A stretch of DNA of 63,132 bases, filler included, from Rhabdomonas costata (lineage: Eukaryota): NCBI GenBank assembly GCA_019059605.1. It is 47 parts of 47 records of this genome, joined end to end, with 100 filler letters (N's around TTAATTAATTAA, not from the genome) between each part and the next. Parts side by side here need not be neighbours in the genome. Positions count along the whole stretch, not along the records: positions 10,756 to 12,001 come from JAHMHO010022089.1; positions 12,102 to 13,347 come from JAHMHO010022090.1; positions 13,448 to 14,693 come from JAHMHO010022091.1; positions 14,794 to 16,039 come from JAHMHO010022092.1; positions 16,140 to 17,385 come from JAHMHO010022093.1; positions 17,486 to 18,731 come from JAHMHO010022094.1; positions 18,832 to 20,078 come from JAHMHO010022095.1; positions 20,179 to 21,423 come from JAHMHO010022096.1; 39 more parts are not named here. The stretch is one strand, 5' to 3'. The position numbers and the translations under genes are program-made. This document shows positions 11,284 through 21,423 of the stretch, one piece after another (position 1 is the stretch's first letter; every line of letters starts with the position of its first letter). The notes under the pieces were generated by a model. The model did no database searches. It saw nothing but the letters and a program-made list of their open reading frames with translations, and was not told the origin of the DNA.

Positions 11284-13742
11284 CTGAGGTTCTGCACCCA
11301 AGAGCAGGAAAAACGCAGAAAACTACAGGCCGAACACCAAGCAGACACATAACTCAAATTGTTTGGCCCAATTCAGTGGGGCGCGGATTTGGGAAACTTG
11401 TCAAAATTTACCGAATGCCGTGTTAATAATATGGACAATAATTAACACGCTTACAAAATCTGATACACTGACCCAGTTACCCAAACCAAACGTCGTGTCC
11501 TTAGGCTATCGGTAAACAGCCAACTGCACCACACTTTCAGAATAATAAAACCGCCGCCTGCAACTCCCACCTCCTGCACCAACCTCTCCACACAGGTTGT
11601 GGCAGGAGGACTTACCTGGCATGCGTTGCAGGACTTACCTGAATCTTCACTGTGAATTCCAGACAAAGGCCCTTACGATGCGCTGCGCGGTTTATGCCTT
11701 GCTCTGTCTATCTCTTGTTCTCTCTATTCCAAACAAAACAGCTGGAGGTGCTGACACTGAGGTCCGATTTCTTTCCTACAGGCAAAAGAATCCATGAGCC
11801 AAGAGCAAAGTAGAAGCGCAACAGAAAAAGACCAAAGTACCACAGCGACTTTAGCCGCAGCTTCAAAAACATGAAAGCCATCCAGAGGCACCAGAAAAAT
11901 TTCACGAACCCAAGCAAAAAATACTGAGCTGCCCTAGAAAGGGAAAATTTCAGCGGGTGGTGGTTCCCTTCTCTCTTCTGGAGGACAACCTGACCACCCC
12001 CNNNNNNNNNNNNNNNNNNNNNNNNNNNNNNNNNNNNNNNNNNNNTTAATTAATTAANNNNNNNNNNNNNNNNNNNNNNNNNNNNNNNNNNNNNNNNNNN
12101 NGACCCCCCCTTTACGGTGCATTATTGATGCATTTGATGCATTTTTGAGGGTGTTTTACGCGGGTTGGGGGTCCCCCCTCCACGTTTGCATGTGGGGCCA
12201 TGTGACGCCATGCAACATCTTCCATCTTCTCGTAAGGGACACATGCATCCCAGGAAACACATGTATTGCTCCCCAACCCCCGAGGTCTTCTGTCATCTCC
12301 TAATAGGTAGACGAGACGTGCACCCTGTAGGATCCGTATATGCACCGTAAATGGAAATGAGGGGGGGTTCCCATAATGCCCCCTACCTCGGGTTTGTGGG
12401 AATTTGCTGTCCGCTTGGGGTGATTGGTGGTCGGGATTGGCGTGAGAGTGAGATTGGCCGGCAGGGTTTGGTGCTGTAGATGTTGTGCCGATTGTTTTTA
12501 TCATTTTTTAGCGGGGTTTAGGTGCCTGATTGTTTCTGAAATCCCCTCATCGTTCTTCTCCCAGCGTCCGCTTGAACGAATGCACAGCGCACACTTGTGT
12601 TGTACTTTTACATAGTACACACTACAACAACATTTCTGGTTTCAGTTTTCTCGTTTCATTCATTTTGTTTGCTCTTTCCCGAATGAAAATCCGATCGCTT
12701 GCATCCAATCTTAACCTTTTTGGAGTTTTTTTTATTTGTCTTCATCTTTTCGCTCACTTTTTTCTTCAACAGCCGCGGGTGCCGGCGTTGGAGTGCCCAA
12801 ACGTGCGGGCAGCGTATGTTCCTCCCCGCGGAGCGGCGGGCACCCCACTGCCTCCGACTGTTCTCCTCGTGTTTCGAAGCATCCCCACCATAGCATCCCC
12901 GCGGCTCTCACTGGTGGGCAGACCGTGACGTCCAACGCCACCAAGGCGCGCAGCTTGCTGGACAAATGGCTGAAGAGGTGTGCCCCCCCCCCATGTCTCC
13001 TCGTGCATTCACTTTGATCGGAAGGACGAAATGCGCAGTCTTCTGCTCGGGTTTTGTTTAGTTTTGTTTATTTCTTCTCAATAAAATTGGAAATTTCGCA
13101 TGCAATGCAGCACTTTAATGTGTGTGTAGAGAGAGATCTGCCCATAAAAAGCTGCAGATGAGGACTCGACAAAACCCAAAAGCCGGTACAACCCGTGAAG
13201 GAGATTCGGGAACCGCACCATGATCGCAGTGATAAAGATGGTCCCAGAGTCGGTCAGAAAAAGAAGCAAACTAAGGCCACGGAATGAGCGATGGCAAATG
13301 GAAAAAGGCCTGAGGAAAGCGGAAATCCCACGGACAAGGAGAAGAACNNNNNNNNNNNNNNNNNNNNNNNNNNNNNNNNNNNNNNNNNNNNTTAATTAAT
13401 TAANNNNNNNNNNNNNNNNNNNNNNNNNNNNNNNNNNNNNNNNNNNNTTTGTGGTGGCTAACTCTAACTAGTCAGTTTTTCAAAAAATCAGACCTCCCCC
13501 GTTGATCGAAAATAAGTTCCATTGATGCTTGGGAAGCAGTGTTGAACATTTTCCTCGGTACCGTGCGTAGAAGCTCATTCATCGAGTCAATTCCAAGCGA
13601 CTTTTTCTCAGTCGACTTTCTCTTTTGACATCTTTTTTTATCTTTCGAGAACGCTGAGGCTTTGAACAATTATCCACCAGTGCCATTTTTGTCACCCTAC
13701 ATTTCTCTCCTGTTTGCCTTTGTATTTAGATGTATTTCGTGC

Positions 13743-13877
13743 TTTATCGTCTTTGTTTGTTTTGCGTTTAGTTTTACCCTGCAGATCTCTCTCTGGCGTT
13801 CCTTCTTGTATTGTTTGTTTCTAGTGTTGCACCCCGCACTTTTCACGAACTCCTGTGCCTGTGCCGCAGTGCCGTGA
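13743..13877. repeat. Interspersed repeat, copy 1 (related copy at 56068-56227)
   Basis: TAGTGTTGCAC...CGAACTCYTGTGCCTGTGCCGCAGTGCCGTGA is present in both contigs. TTTATCGTCTTTGTTT...CCCTGC is also shared. Confidence 0.8.
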
Positions 13878-16139
13878 TGTTTCTCAAAAAAATTTTCAGA
13901 ACGAGGGAGCCGCAAGAAACCTGCGGTTTCGATAATACCAGATCCCAAAACCGTTAATGACCACAAAGAAGCGAGAGCACGTGCGAATGAGGTTAAAAGT
14001 CAATAATCCATGCAAGGTCATTCTTGCCAGTGCTCTGAGATTATGAGAATACTCAGCAAACCAACCGGGTTGGCTTCTCACTACGCACACAGAAGTTTGA
14101 TGCCGAAAGAGGTTTCGGAATTACTCACGCCACCTGAGACTCTTGGGTGAAGTTGCTGCACTCCAAAATTAAGGAGAGGTGTTCAGAAAAAGCTCTGCTT
14201 CCAGCCAAAGGGGGCTGAACTGACGGTTGGTAGGCCCCCTAGGGACGCAGAGATGTAAGCAACCGAGCACGAAGAAAAATGATGGGTTGCATTGGCCAGG
14301 GCAAAATAAACACAGTTGGGAAACTGAATAGTAGGATACTACAGACTGCACGCATCCTTGGATCAAAATGAAGTGATGGAACATACATTCTTGCTGTTTC
14401 ATACTCCGGGTTATTTGCCTAGGGTACACCACCGGGGCCTCCACCTGGGGTGTGTTCAGCAACTATTAATTCGTTTCCGCTTAAACGTGTGAATTTCTGA
14501 AAGCTGAGGCGCAGCAAAGGCAGGGTCATCAAAAACTGACACACACACACTGTACAACTTTTCCCGACAGTGCTGGTGCCTTCTTTTTGCGACCTGACTG
14601 GTGCTATTTTGTGGCCCAGAGTAAAAATACCCCTCCTTCCTTCAGAAATCAGCCTGCTGTCCCGCACCACTCTGCAACGGCGCCACTGCGAGCNNNNNNN
14701 NNNNNNNNNNNNNNNNNNNNNNNNNNNNNNNNNNNNNTTAATTAATTAANNNNNNNNNNNNNNNNNNNNNNNNNNNNNNNNNNNNNNNNNNNNGGTGTTG
14801 GTGGGTGTGTTTGGGGTGGGGTGTGGCAAGGAGCCCTTACAATATGCACTGCAAAGGAACGGCGTATAATCTGTAAGTATGGCCTCATTAGCCTGCTTGC
14901 TGAGAGGGGAAGGCTGCATGAATGTAATGCTATAGGTTTTTGGTGAATGCGCAGCCACTTGCCCGCAACGGCTAAGTCGAATGTCCGCGAAGTCCAAGTG
15001 CAGTCATTGAGCTTGGACGTGTGTTCGAGACCGCTGCCCTGGGAACTGAAGCATAAGCAAAGGTCTGACGTCCATGCGGATTGGGCCGGGGGCGGGCGGA
15101 GCGGCCCCCGCGGATCCCAACCTACCAACGAGGAAACGCTGAAAGCAATGCGTTGCGATACGACGCCATTGTTTCCCAGACCGTTTGGTTTTGACAATCA
15201 GTGGTTCAAATAAACTAAGGCTGCCAATGGATTTTAGCCGCGCGCGCTTTCGGCCTGCTGGGGCCCGAAAGGCCCCAGATGAAGAATGCCGCCGGGGAAG
15301 GTAGCCACAACAAGACGTTTTGTCTGAAGGCTAATGCGGGACAAAAAGCAGAGTTGCACCGGCCTCAAAGTGCAATACGGAGGTGCTGTCACGGCCCGGC
15401 TTGCAACCACACCACTTACGTGTAACCCGGCGTCCGCCGGTTGTTAAACTGGGCTCGGTGTTCAGCAGCCGTCTCCCGAATATGCTTTCGCAAAGTGGGC
15501 GCTGTCCCGGCTTACCTTGGGTGTCCCCGAGAGCGTGACTTTCTTACGACCGGTACGGCTTCGACTTGCGTCCAAAGTCCGGCGTGCGAGGGAACCTAAG
15601 GTCTCCCTAGGTCAGGGGTGACCGGTCTGATGCTGCAACGGGGGAAGGCGTGCCAGGCTTTTCGGTCTTTCCTGGGTGCTTGGGTGCGTTATGCAAAGGG
15701 GGCGGTGAGGCGATCTCTCTCTTTAGCTCGGCTTTTCGACCACTCCGGGGTCACCCCGCGAACCAACAGAAGAGGAAGGGGGTACGAGCTTTGCAAGGGG
15801 GTCTTGACTTCTGCGGGCTCGCGGCCTCGGGCTCTACTTATTCACGGGGGCGGGCTGGGTGCGACTCTGGCTACCCCTTCTGCCGCTCCTCCTTTCAAGC
15901 CGGCTGGGACTTACGCAGCACTTACGCAGCAACAGTGCAAGCACAGCAGCGTTCACCACCACAACGGCAGCAGCTACGATTCCCTCACTCTACCTCTCTC
16001 TGGGTTTTGCGCCGGCTCTTTCGCCTCCGCGCTGCTCCCNNNNNNNNNNNNNNNNNNNNNNNNNNNNNNNNNNNNNNNNNNNNTTAATTAATTAANNNNN
16101 NNNNNNNNNNNNNNNNNNNNNNNNNNNNNNNNNNNNNNN

Positions 16140-16840
16140 GTGTGGGGGTTGTGGGTTTCCTGTGAAACTCCCAGGCTGCGTCAACGTTTTCCTGCAAACT
16201 CGAAAGCTTTTTCGTCATCAGCTCCGCCTGCATGTCTGTCTCCAACCCTTGAATGAAAAGGTACCGCAAGTGCAAGTCATGAACAAAAGGACAACCTCTC
16301 AGTAGCTTGGCTCCCAGTGTGAACTGAGACACGAAAAACTGAAAGTTTCCGTCAACTCTCAGCTTATCCAGTCTCCACAAAATGTTGTACTCAAAATTGT
16401 CCGAACAGAACCTGGTCTTCAAGTAAGCTACAAACGCGTCCCACGTCTCAAACGTCTGAGCGTCCCCCACCGTGCCTCTGGCGTGCTGTCCCATCGCTCC
16501 GACCGCAAAGGTGATTGCAACCTGGTCAGGAATACGCCGGTTCATCTTTTTCTCCTCCACCGTAATTATCCACGGCAAGAAATTCTGGGTTACCATCGTA
16601 TGGTGGGAACTCTGGGTCACGTTCCTGCAATTTCCTCAGTACTACTGTCTCTCGACCTGCACCATCTGGGTTCGTACTCTCTGTCAACTTGTCAAGAGCT
16701 CTTGTCATCACTTGAGTTGTCGCCACCTGATTCTGATTCATCAATCGCAAGGCCTCTGCCAAATGCACCAACAATTCCCCCGCCCCAACGGGCTCTATGG
16801 GCGCTGGAAACACCGGTGGAACCGGCAGGACTGTTGCCAT
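16140..16840 (-). mobile_element. gag: Ty3/gypsy-type retrotransposon Gag, frameshifted near 16580 and truncated by the contig end
   Basis: Intronless. PEFPPYDGNP / FLPWIITVEE...TWDAFVAYLKTRF...LDKLR...FVSQF...LRYLFIQGL...LSSLQENVDAA is a retrotransposon-gag capsid pattern split across ORFs 16526-16840 and 16140-16620. Confidence 0.85.
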
Positions 16841-16915
16841 CTCTTGGACTGTACCTGTAGGGCTGGCTCGGTCCCGGCTCGGTCATTCTTTTCTCAAACA
16901 AAAAAATTCAAACTT

Positions 16916-17182
16916 TCCCTTCGACCACGTGTCACAACAAACCAAACTATCCCCACTTCCAAATGAAACCTCTGTTGCCAACTGTCACGAAGTGCCAATC
17001 GACTCCTATTCTCAAGTACTGCCCTCTTTCTGCCACACAAGTTATTGATTTTTTCTGCTACCACGTGTCACGTGTTGCGCTCTGGAACTTTATCAACCTT
17101 CTGCTACAACCTGTCACGAAGTGCTACTTCGCTGCGTTCCCCCGCACTGGTGAAGGAAACAATCCTCTGCTACCACCTGTCA
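16916..17182 (-). repeat. Array of 5-6 degenerate (G)TGACA-NN-TGGTAGCAGA units separated by largely unique spacers
   Basis: Plus-strand TGTCA at 16930, 16983, 17066, 17112 and 17178, each preceded 2 nt earlier by a TCTGCTACCA-like word. A weaker copy lies near 17030-17044. Confidence 0.8.
17156..17175 (-). promoter_or_regulatory. Primer-binding site complementary to the 3' end of initiator tRNA-Met
   Basis: Plus strand GAAACAATCCTCTGCTACCA versus the tRNAiMet 3' end as I recall it (GAAACCATCCTCTGCTACCA), 19/20. On the minus strand it starts with TGG, 2 nt after ...TGACA. Confidence 0.85.
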
Positions 17183-17386
17183 GACGGCACGGCGGGCTCG
17201 GACCAATTACGTGGCTCTTGCGACTTCCCCGCGTAGCCCACTCGATCCGCTCCACTCCGTGGTCCCTCCCGACAAAGCTTTCGCTTTGTGAGCGCTGTCA
17301 ACTCACCTAGGTGAGGAGACTTTCTTTCCCCTTGGTTGGCCTCGCTTTCGCCGATGGCCGGGTAGAGCCCGGCCGCAACCACAACN
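17178..17386 (-). mobile_element. Putative 5' LTR (3' part) of the gag-bearing element
   Basis: Ends ...GTCTGACA (canonical CA terminus) 2 nt upstream of the PBS. The second LTR is not visible. Confidence 0.6.
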
Positions 17387-18121
17387 NNNNNNNNNNNNNN
17401 NNNNNNNNNNNNNNNNNNNNNNNNNNNNNTTAATTAATTAANNNNNNNNNNNNNNNNNNNNNNNNNNNNNNNNNNNNNNNNNNNNTTTTTTGTTGCTCCA
17501 CAATGCTCTCCGCCCATTTTTGTTACCTGCTGCTGGATCCAGGGTTAAACTATCTGTTGTGTCAAAACTGGCAGGGGTCACAGTTCCAGCCGTGGGCTCC
17601 AGGTCAAGGACTGCTCCGTCGCCTTTTTGTTTTTAGAATGAACACCATGTGCCTTCTGCAAAAAAAATGGCCTGCGGAAGAAGGATAGTGCGTGCCTTCC
17701 TGCACATCACTCGTCTGCGCCCCCTGCATTCTTCTGTATTGTGATCCTTGAGTCGTGAGTCGTTACCGTCAACTTTTCGTCGCAACGATCCAAGAAATAG
17801 TTAGAGCTTGATATGGGTAATAGGTCCAGTGTAGTTTCTTCGGGTGAAGCGGTGCACCTTACGCTTCTCGTGGAGTCTTTGCTGAATGTTTGGACTGCAA
17901 CGCGCCTTACCGAGGGGGAAAAGATGCATGCCTTTCTTCCGTTCGTTATATCTCTATCCCACCAGGACATAATGTAACTGCGACGCATAACTTTTGACTC
18001 TCGGAATACAATCCCGAAAAAATTTGTGGAACGTATCCTCCTTTCTTGTGAAGTTCTCCGATCCATTGCCCTTTCAATTCCGGAGTATGGCGAGTTGCCT
18101 CTGCATGCTCACTCTGCACAG

Positions 18122-18590
18122 GACCCTGGAGGACGCCTTTGGTGGGCTATTCCCGAAGGACACCCCGAAGAACACCCGGTTTGCGATCAACTTCTTCACC
18201 AGCATCGGCTTGGGTGGCCTCACGTATGCCCAAAGTGCCGTTTTCTTCTTATTGTCATCAGAGCCACCTCAGTGTACTATTCGGTGTTGGCAGAGGAACA
18301 GATGTATGGTTGTACAGCGGACAACCCTCACACACATGAATGCTATCCCGTGGTATTCCCAGGGATGATCTCCGAGAGTGGCTGAAAAACAAGCCAAAGG
18401 AGATCATGATGCAGCAGCGCCTGGAGGCCGCTGACGCGCATTCCGTCTCCGCAGCGGAGTCCGCTGAGTCGTCGTCGGACTCAGAGTCGTCGTCTTCCTC
18501 CTCCTCTTCATCGTCCTCATCGTCATCTTCCAGCTCCTCCTCTTCCTCAAGCTCGTCTTCGTCCAGCTCGTCGTCTTCCTCTTCTTCAGG
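18122..18590 (+). CDS. CWC22: Pre-mRNA splicing factor CWC22, exons 18122-18223 and 18363-about 18590
   Basis: FGGLFPKDTPKNTRFAINFFTSIGLGGLT|DDLREWLKN is the conserved CWC22 C-terminal MA3-region motif, followed by a Ser-rich tract. Splice sites are phase-consistent. Confidence 0.95.
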
Positions 18591-18668
18591 GTTGTACACT
18601 TGGATTTGTTTTGCAAGAGTGAACACACCGTTGGGATGAAAGGATTGGCCCACAGCGTTTTGGGAGTC

Positions 18669-18725
18669 TTGTCACTCATACAATTTGAACTTGGGACTCA
18701 GAAGCTCAAATTGTATGAGTGACAA
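18669..18725. repeat. Perfect 20-bp inverted repeat at the contig end
   Basis: TTGTCACTCATACAATTTGA (18669-18688) pairs with TCAAATTGTATGAGTGACAA (18706-18725). Confidence 0.9.
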
Positions 18726-19254
18726 ACCAACNNNNNNNNNNNNNNNNNNNNNNNNNNNNNNNNNNNNNNNNNNNNTTAATTAATTAANNNNNNNNNNNNN
18801 NNNNNNNNNNNNNNNNNNNNNNNNNNNNNNNGGGGTGGGGGGTACAGCACAGTAGGCCGGCCACTGCGAGGCTCACCGGCTGGGAGAGAGAGAGCGCGTG
18901 CAGAGCAGGTGCCCGTGGTCATCTCAAGTTAAGTCTCCAGGCTGCTGGCTCATGCGGAAAGTTGGGTGACGCCCTTTTTTCCCCAGTGTACACTTGCGAG
19001 TGTGTGGGTGGAGGCGACCAGCAGAGAAGTGCTGTGGGCGTTTCTCCCTTATCACGGAGCCACAAAAGCCCCACGTCCTGTAGACACACGTTGGGTACGA
19101 AAACTATAGGAAGGTGTTCTGCAGTGCATGATTCATCACAGCTGCGTGGTCGTGGGGGACTATGAACCTCCCTCCCAATAACCCTCACCCTTCAGGTTGA
19201 GAGCGGGTGAACAGCCCACACCCAAAGCCAAAGAAGCCCAAACAAGCACACACC

Positions 19255-19430
19255 GACCCCCAAGAGGACTGCGAGTTGCTCCACTGGAGCACCCCTTTCG
19301 GGCTCCGTGCCCTCCAGCAGTTCCTCGGGCACTCCCAGCCGCTGCAGCGCCTGAGCCGCCTCTGCTCCAGAGAGCTCCGCGTACAAAGTGGGCCCAGGCA
19401 GGCCCCCCTCACCCTCACCGCTCACCGCCG
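19255..19430 (-). CDS. Putative exon of a hypothetical protein (boundaries approximate)
   Basis: GC3-biased segment GPTLYAELSGAEAAQALQRLGVPEELLEGTEPERGAPVEQLAVLLG. Confidence 0.4.
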
Positions 19431-19930
19431 GGGAAGAGGAAGAAGACAATCTCCACAGCAGCTGATGAACCTCCCTCATAGTCCGCCTGACCGCCACCTC
19501 CCCACAGGTTGGCACAAGAACAAAGAAAACAACAAAGAATCATCTCTCGCTGTGAATGACCCATCAAAGCAAGAAAAAGTCGTTTTCAGAGCATCGACAC
19601 AAATGCTCCTTCATCAGCCATTAAAATAAAGCCAGCATATCTGTGCACGGGGGCAATAGGACGAAAGACAGCACCCAGACAGTACGTACCTGTGCCGCCC
19701 CAGCAAGGCGCTCACCTCCGCACACAGAACCTGTGCCCACGGAGGAAGGCAAGCGATCTCAGGCTGCACAGCTGTAACCACCCGCCCGGAGAGAAAGAAA
19801 AACGCGAGTTAGGGTGAACGATCAAGTTTGGTGTCGTGTCTTGGATGTTTCAATCATCGGTTAGAAAGAGAAGAGATGGGGATAAATGAGAAAGTGTGAG
19901 TGAATGAGTGTATGTGCCGGATAATGGTTC

Positions 19931-20078
19931 TTTTTGTTTTTGTTTTTGTCCTTGTTTTTGTTTTTGTTTTTGTTTTTGTTTTTGTTTTTGTTTTTGTTTT
20001 TGTTTTTGTTTTTGTTTTTGTTTTTGTTTTTGTTTTTGTTTTTGTTTTTGTTTTTGTTTTTGTTTTTGTTTTTGTTTT
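19931..20078. repeat. (TTTTTG)n microsatellite
   Basis: More than 20 near-perfect hexamer copies running into the contig end. Confidence 0.97.
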
Positions 20079-20178
20079 NNNNNNNNNNNNNNNNNNNNNN
20101 NNNNNNNNNNNNNNNNNNNNNNTTAATTAATTAANNNNNNNNNNNNNNNNNNNNNNNNNNNNNNNNNNNNNNNNNNNN

Positions 20179-21423
20179 GGAACTAAGGATTGGTAGAGCG
20201 TAGAGGGGAACCATTCGTAGTAGAAAGCACCTGCAGTAGATATCGGTATTCCATATTACTCACTCTGGTGACATTTTGTCGATTTCGGCACCTGCTGTAG
20301 CCAACTTCACCGCATACCATACGCATCTTACACACACATTAGAGTATCATGATGGTGGCATGTTACTGGGTACCACTCTAACCATTCTGTGGCATTCAGA
20401 GCACCTCTGTGCATCTCGGTATCTCAATAGGACTTTTGGTCTCATAGTGGCATTGTACAACCACTAAACGCGGAGATGTTAGTGATGCAATGGTAGGTTT
20501 TACGCTGGTTCATATTTATGTGGGTAGTCTGATTCATGTGTAGGCTGGTTCATGCATGTGTATGGGTTACTGGGCTGATGTTGGGCTCCGGTTGTGGTGT
20601 GGTTGAGAAAGTCGTGGCTGTGAGTGAATAAGATGCGCAATTTCGAGAGGTAGGTCGGGTACTAGTTGGGTGCTGTGGTTGCGTGCGTAGGTTTATTATG
20701 TTTTGGGTTTGCGCGGGTTTAAATTCGGGTTCTGGGTTCGGTTCCTGCGTTGGAGGTGCTGGTAAGTTTCATTCTGCCTTATATATGTTGTGGCATTGTT
20801 GGCTACGTTGTATGCTGTGACGGATTGTGTTGATATAGCGTCTTTAGTGTTGTTTCAGCTGTGGGTAATCAATAGTATTGGGATATGAATAGTGTGGATT
20901 CTTGATTGATTGGTAGTGTTGCGTTGGATATTGGTATGATGATCACTATGCTTGTTTATCAGCATTTGTTTGTCGCGTGTGATTCCTCATTGTGTCTTGA
21001 GATTTCAAGCGTTGAAGTCATTCATTGCTATTTTGTTACGGCTCTAGGTGTGAATGTTAATGCCATTACTTGCAGCGTTTCGTGGGCTTGTATGAGTTCT
21101 CTGTGTCCAGGGTAGTTCTCCGGTTAGTGCGCTGAGCTTTTTGATGTGGCTTTCGCTCTTTGTTTTTCGTGTATTCTTCTTTTACTTCCTGTACGTCTTT
21201 GCACTCCAGAGTATATATCCAGGTGTAGGTCTTTGTTTCTTTACACGTGTGTGTTTCTTCTTGTATTGTATTGTGTGTGTGGGTATGATATTGTATGTGG
21301 TAGGTTGTAGTATGGTATGGTTGTGATGGTTGGGTTGGTGTCCGTGCTATTGGTTTGTTGTTGTAGTGTGGTTGAGTTTTAGTGTGTAGTAGAGTGTGGT
21401 AGCGCGTAAGTGTTGGCGTTGGA
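20179..21423 (-). mobile_element. Possible decayed non-LTR retrotransposon 3' region
   Basis: Intronless, with strong A/C skew on the minus strand and broken frames. CKETKTYTWIYTLECKDVQEV weakly resembles the LINE ORF2 C-terminal zinc-knuckle region. Confidence 0.25.

Noticed and set aside
14794-14826. G/T-rich contig ends as telomeres of gene-sized nanochromosomes
   Set aside because: The polarity is opposite to telomeres (G/T at the 5' end), there is no fixed repeat unit, and contigs cut through genes and introns.
15325-15410. HDV-like or twister ribozyme
   Set aside because: Isolated motif words are present, but the required P1/P2/P3 pairings and conserved junctions were not found.
16205-16225. 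Minimal hammerhead core CTGATGA-C-GAAA on the minus strand
   Set aside because: No stem II; it lies within gag coding sequence (ELMTKK).
16916-17182. True CRISPR array
   Set aside because: Repeats are short and degenerate, spacing is irregular, there are no cas genes, the context is eukaryotic, and the repeat is explained by LTR end plus PBS.
18258-18653. Minus-strand poly-Glu/Asp ORF
   Set aside because: Antisense shadow of the CWC22 Ser-rich exon.
19900-20134. FVFV/CFCF/LFLF ORFs
   Set aside because: Translations of the (TTTTTG)n microsatellite running into Ns.
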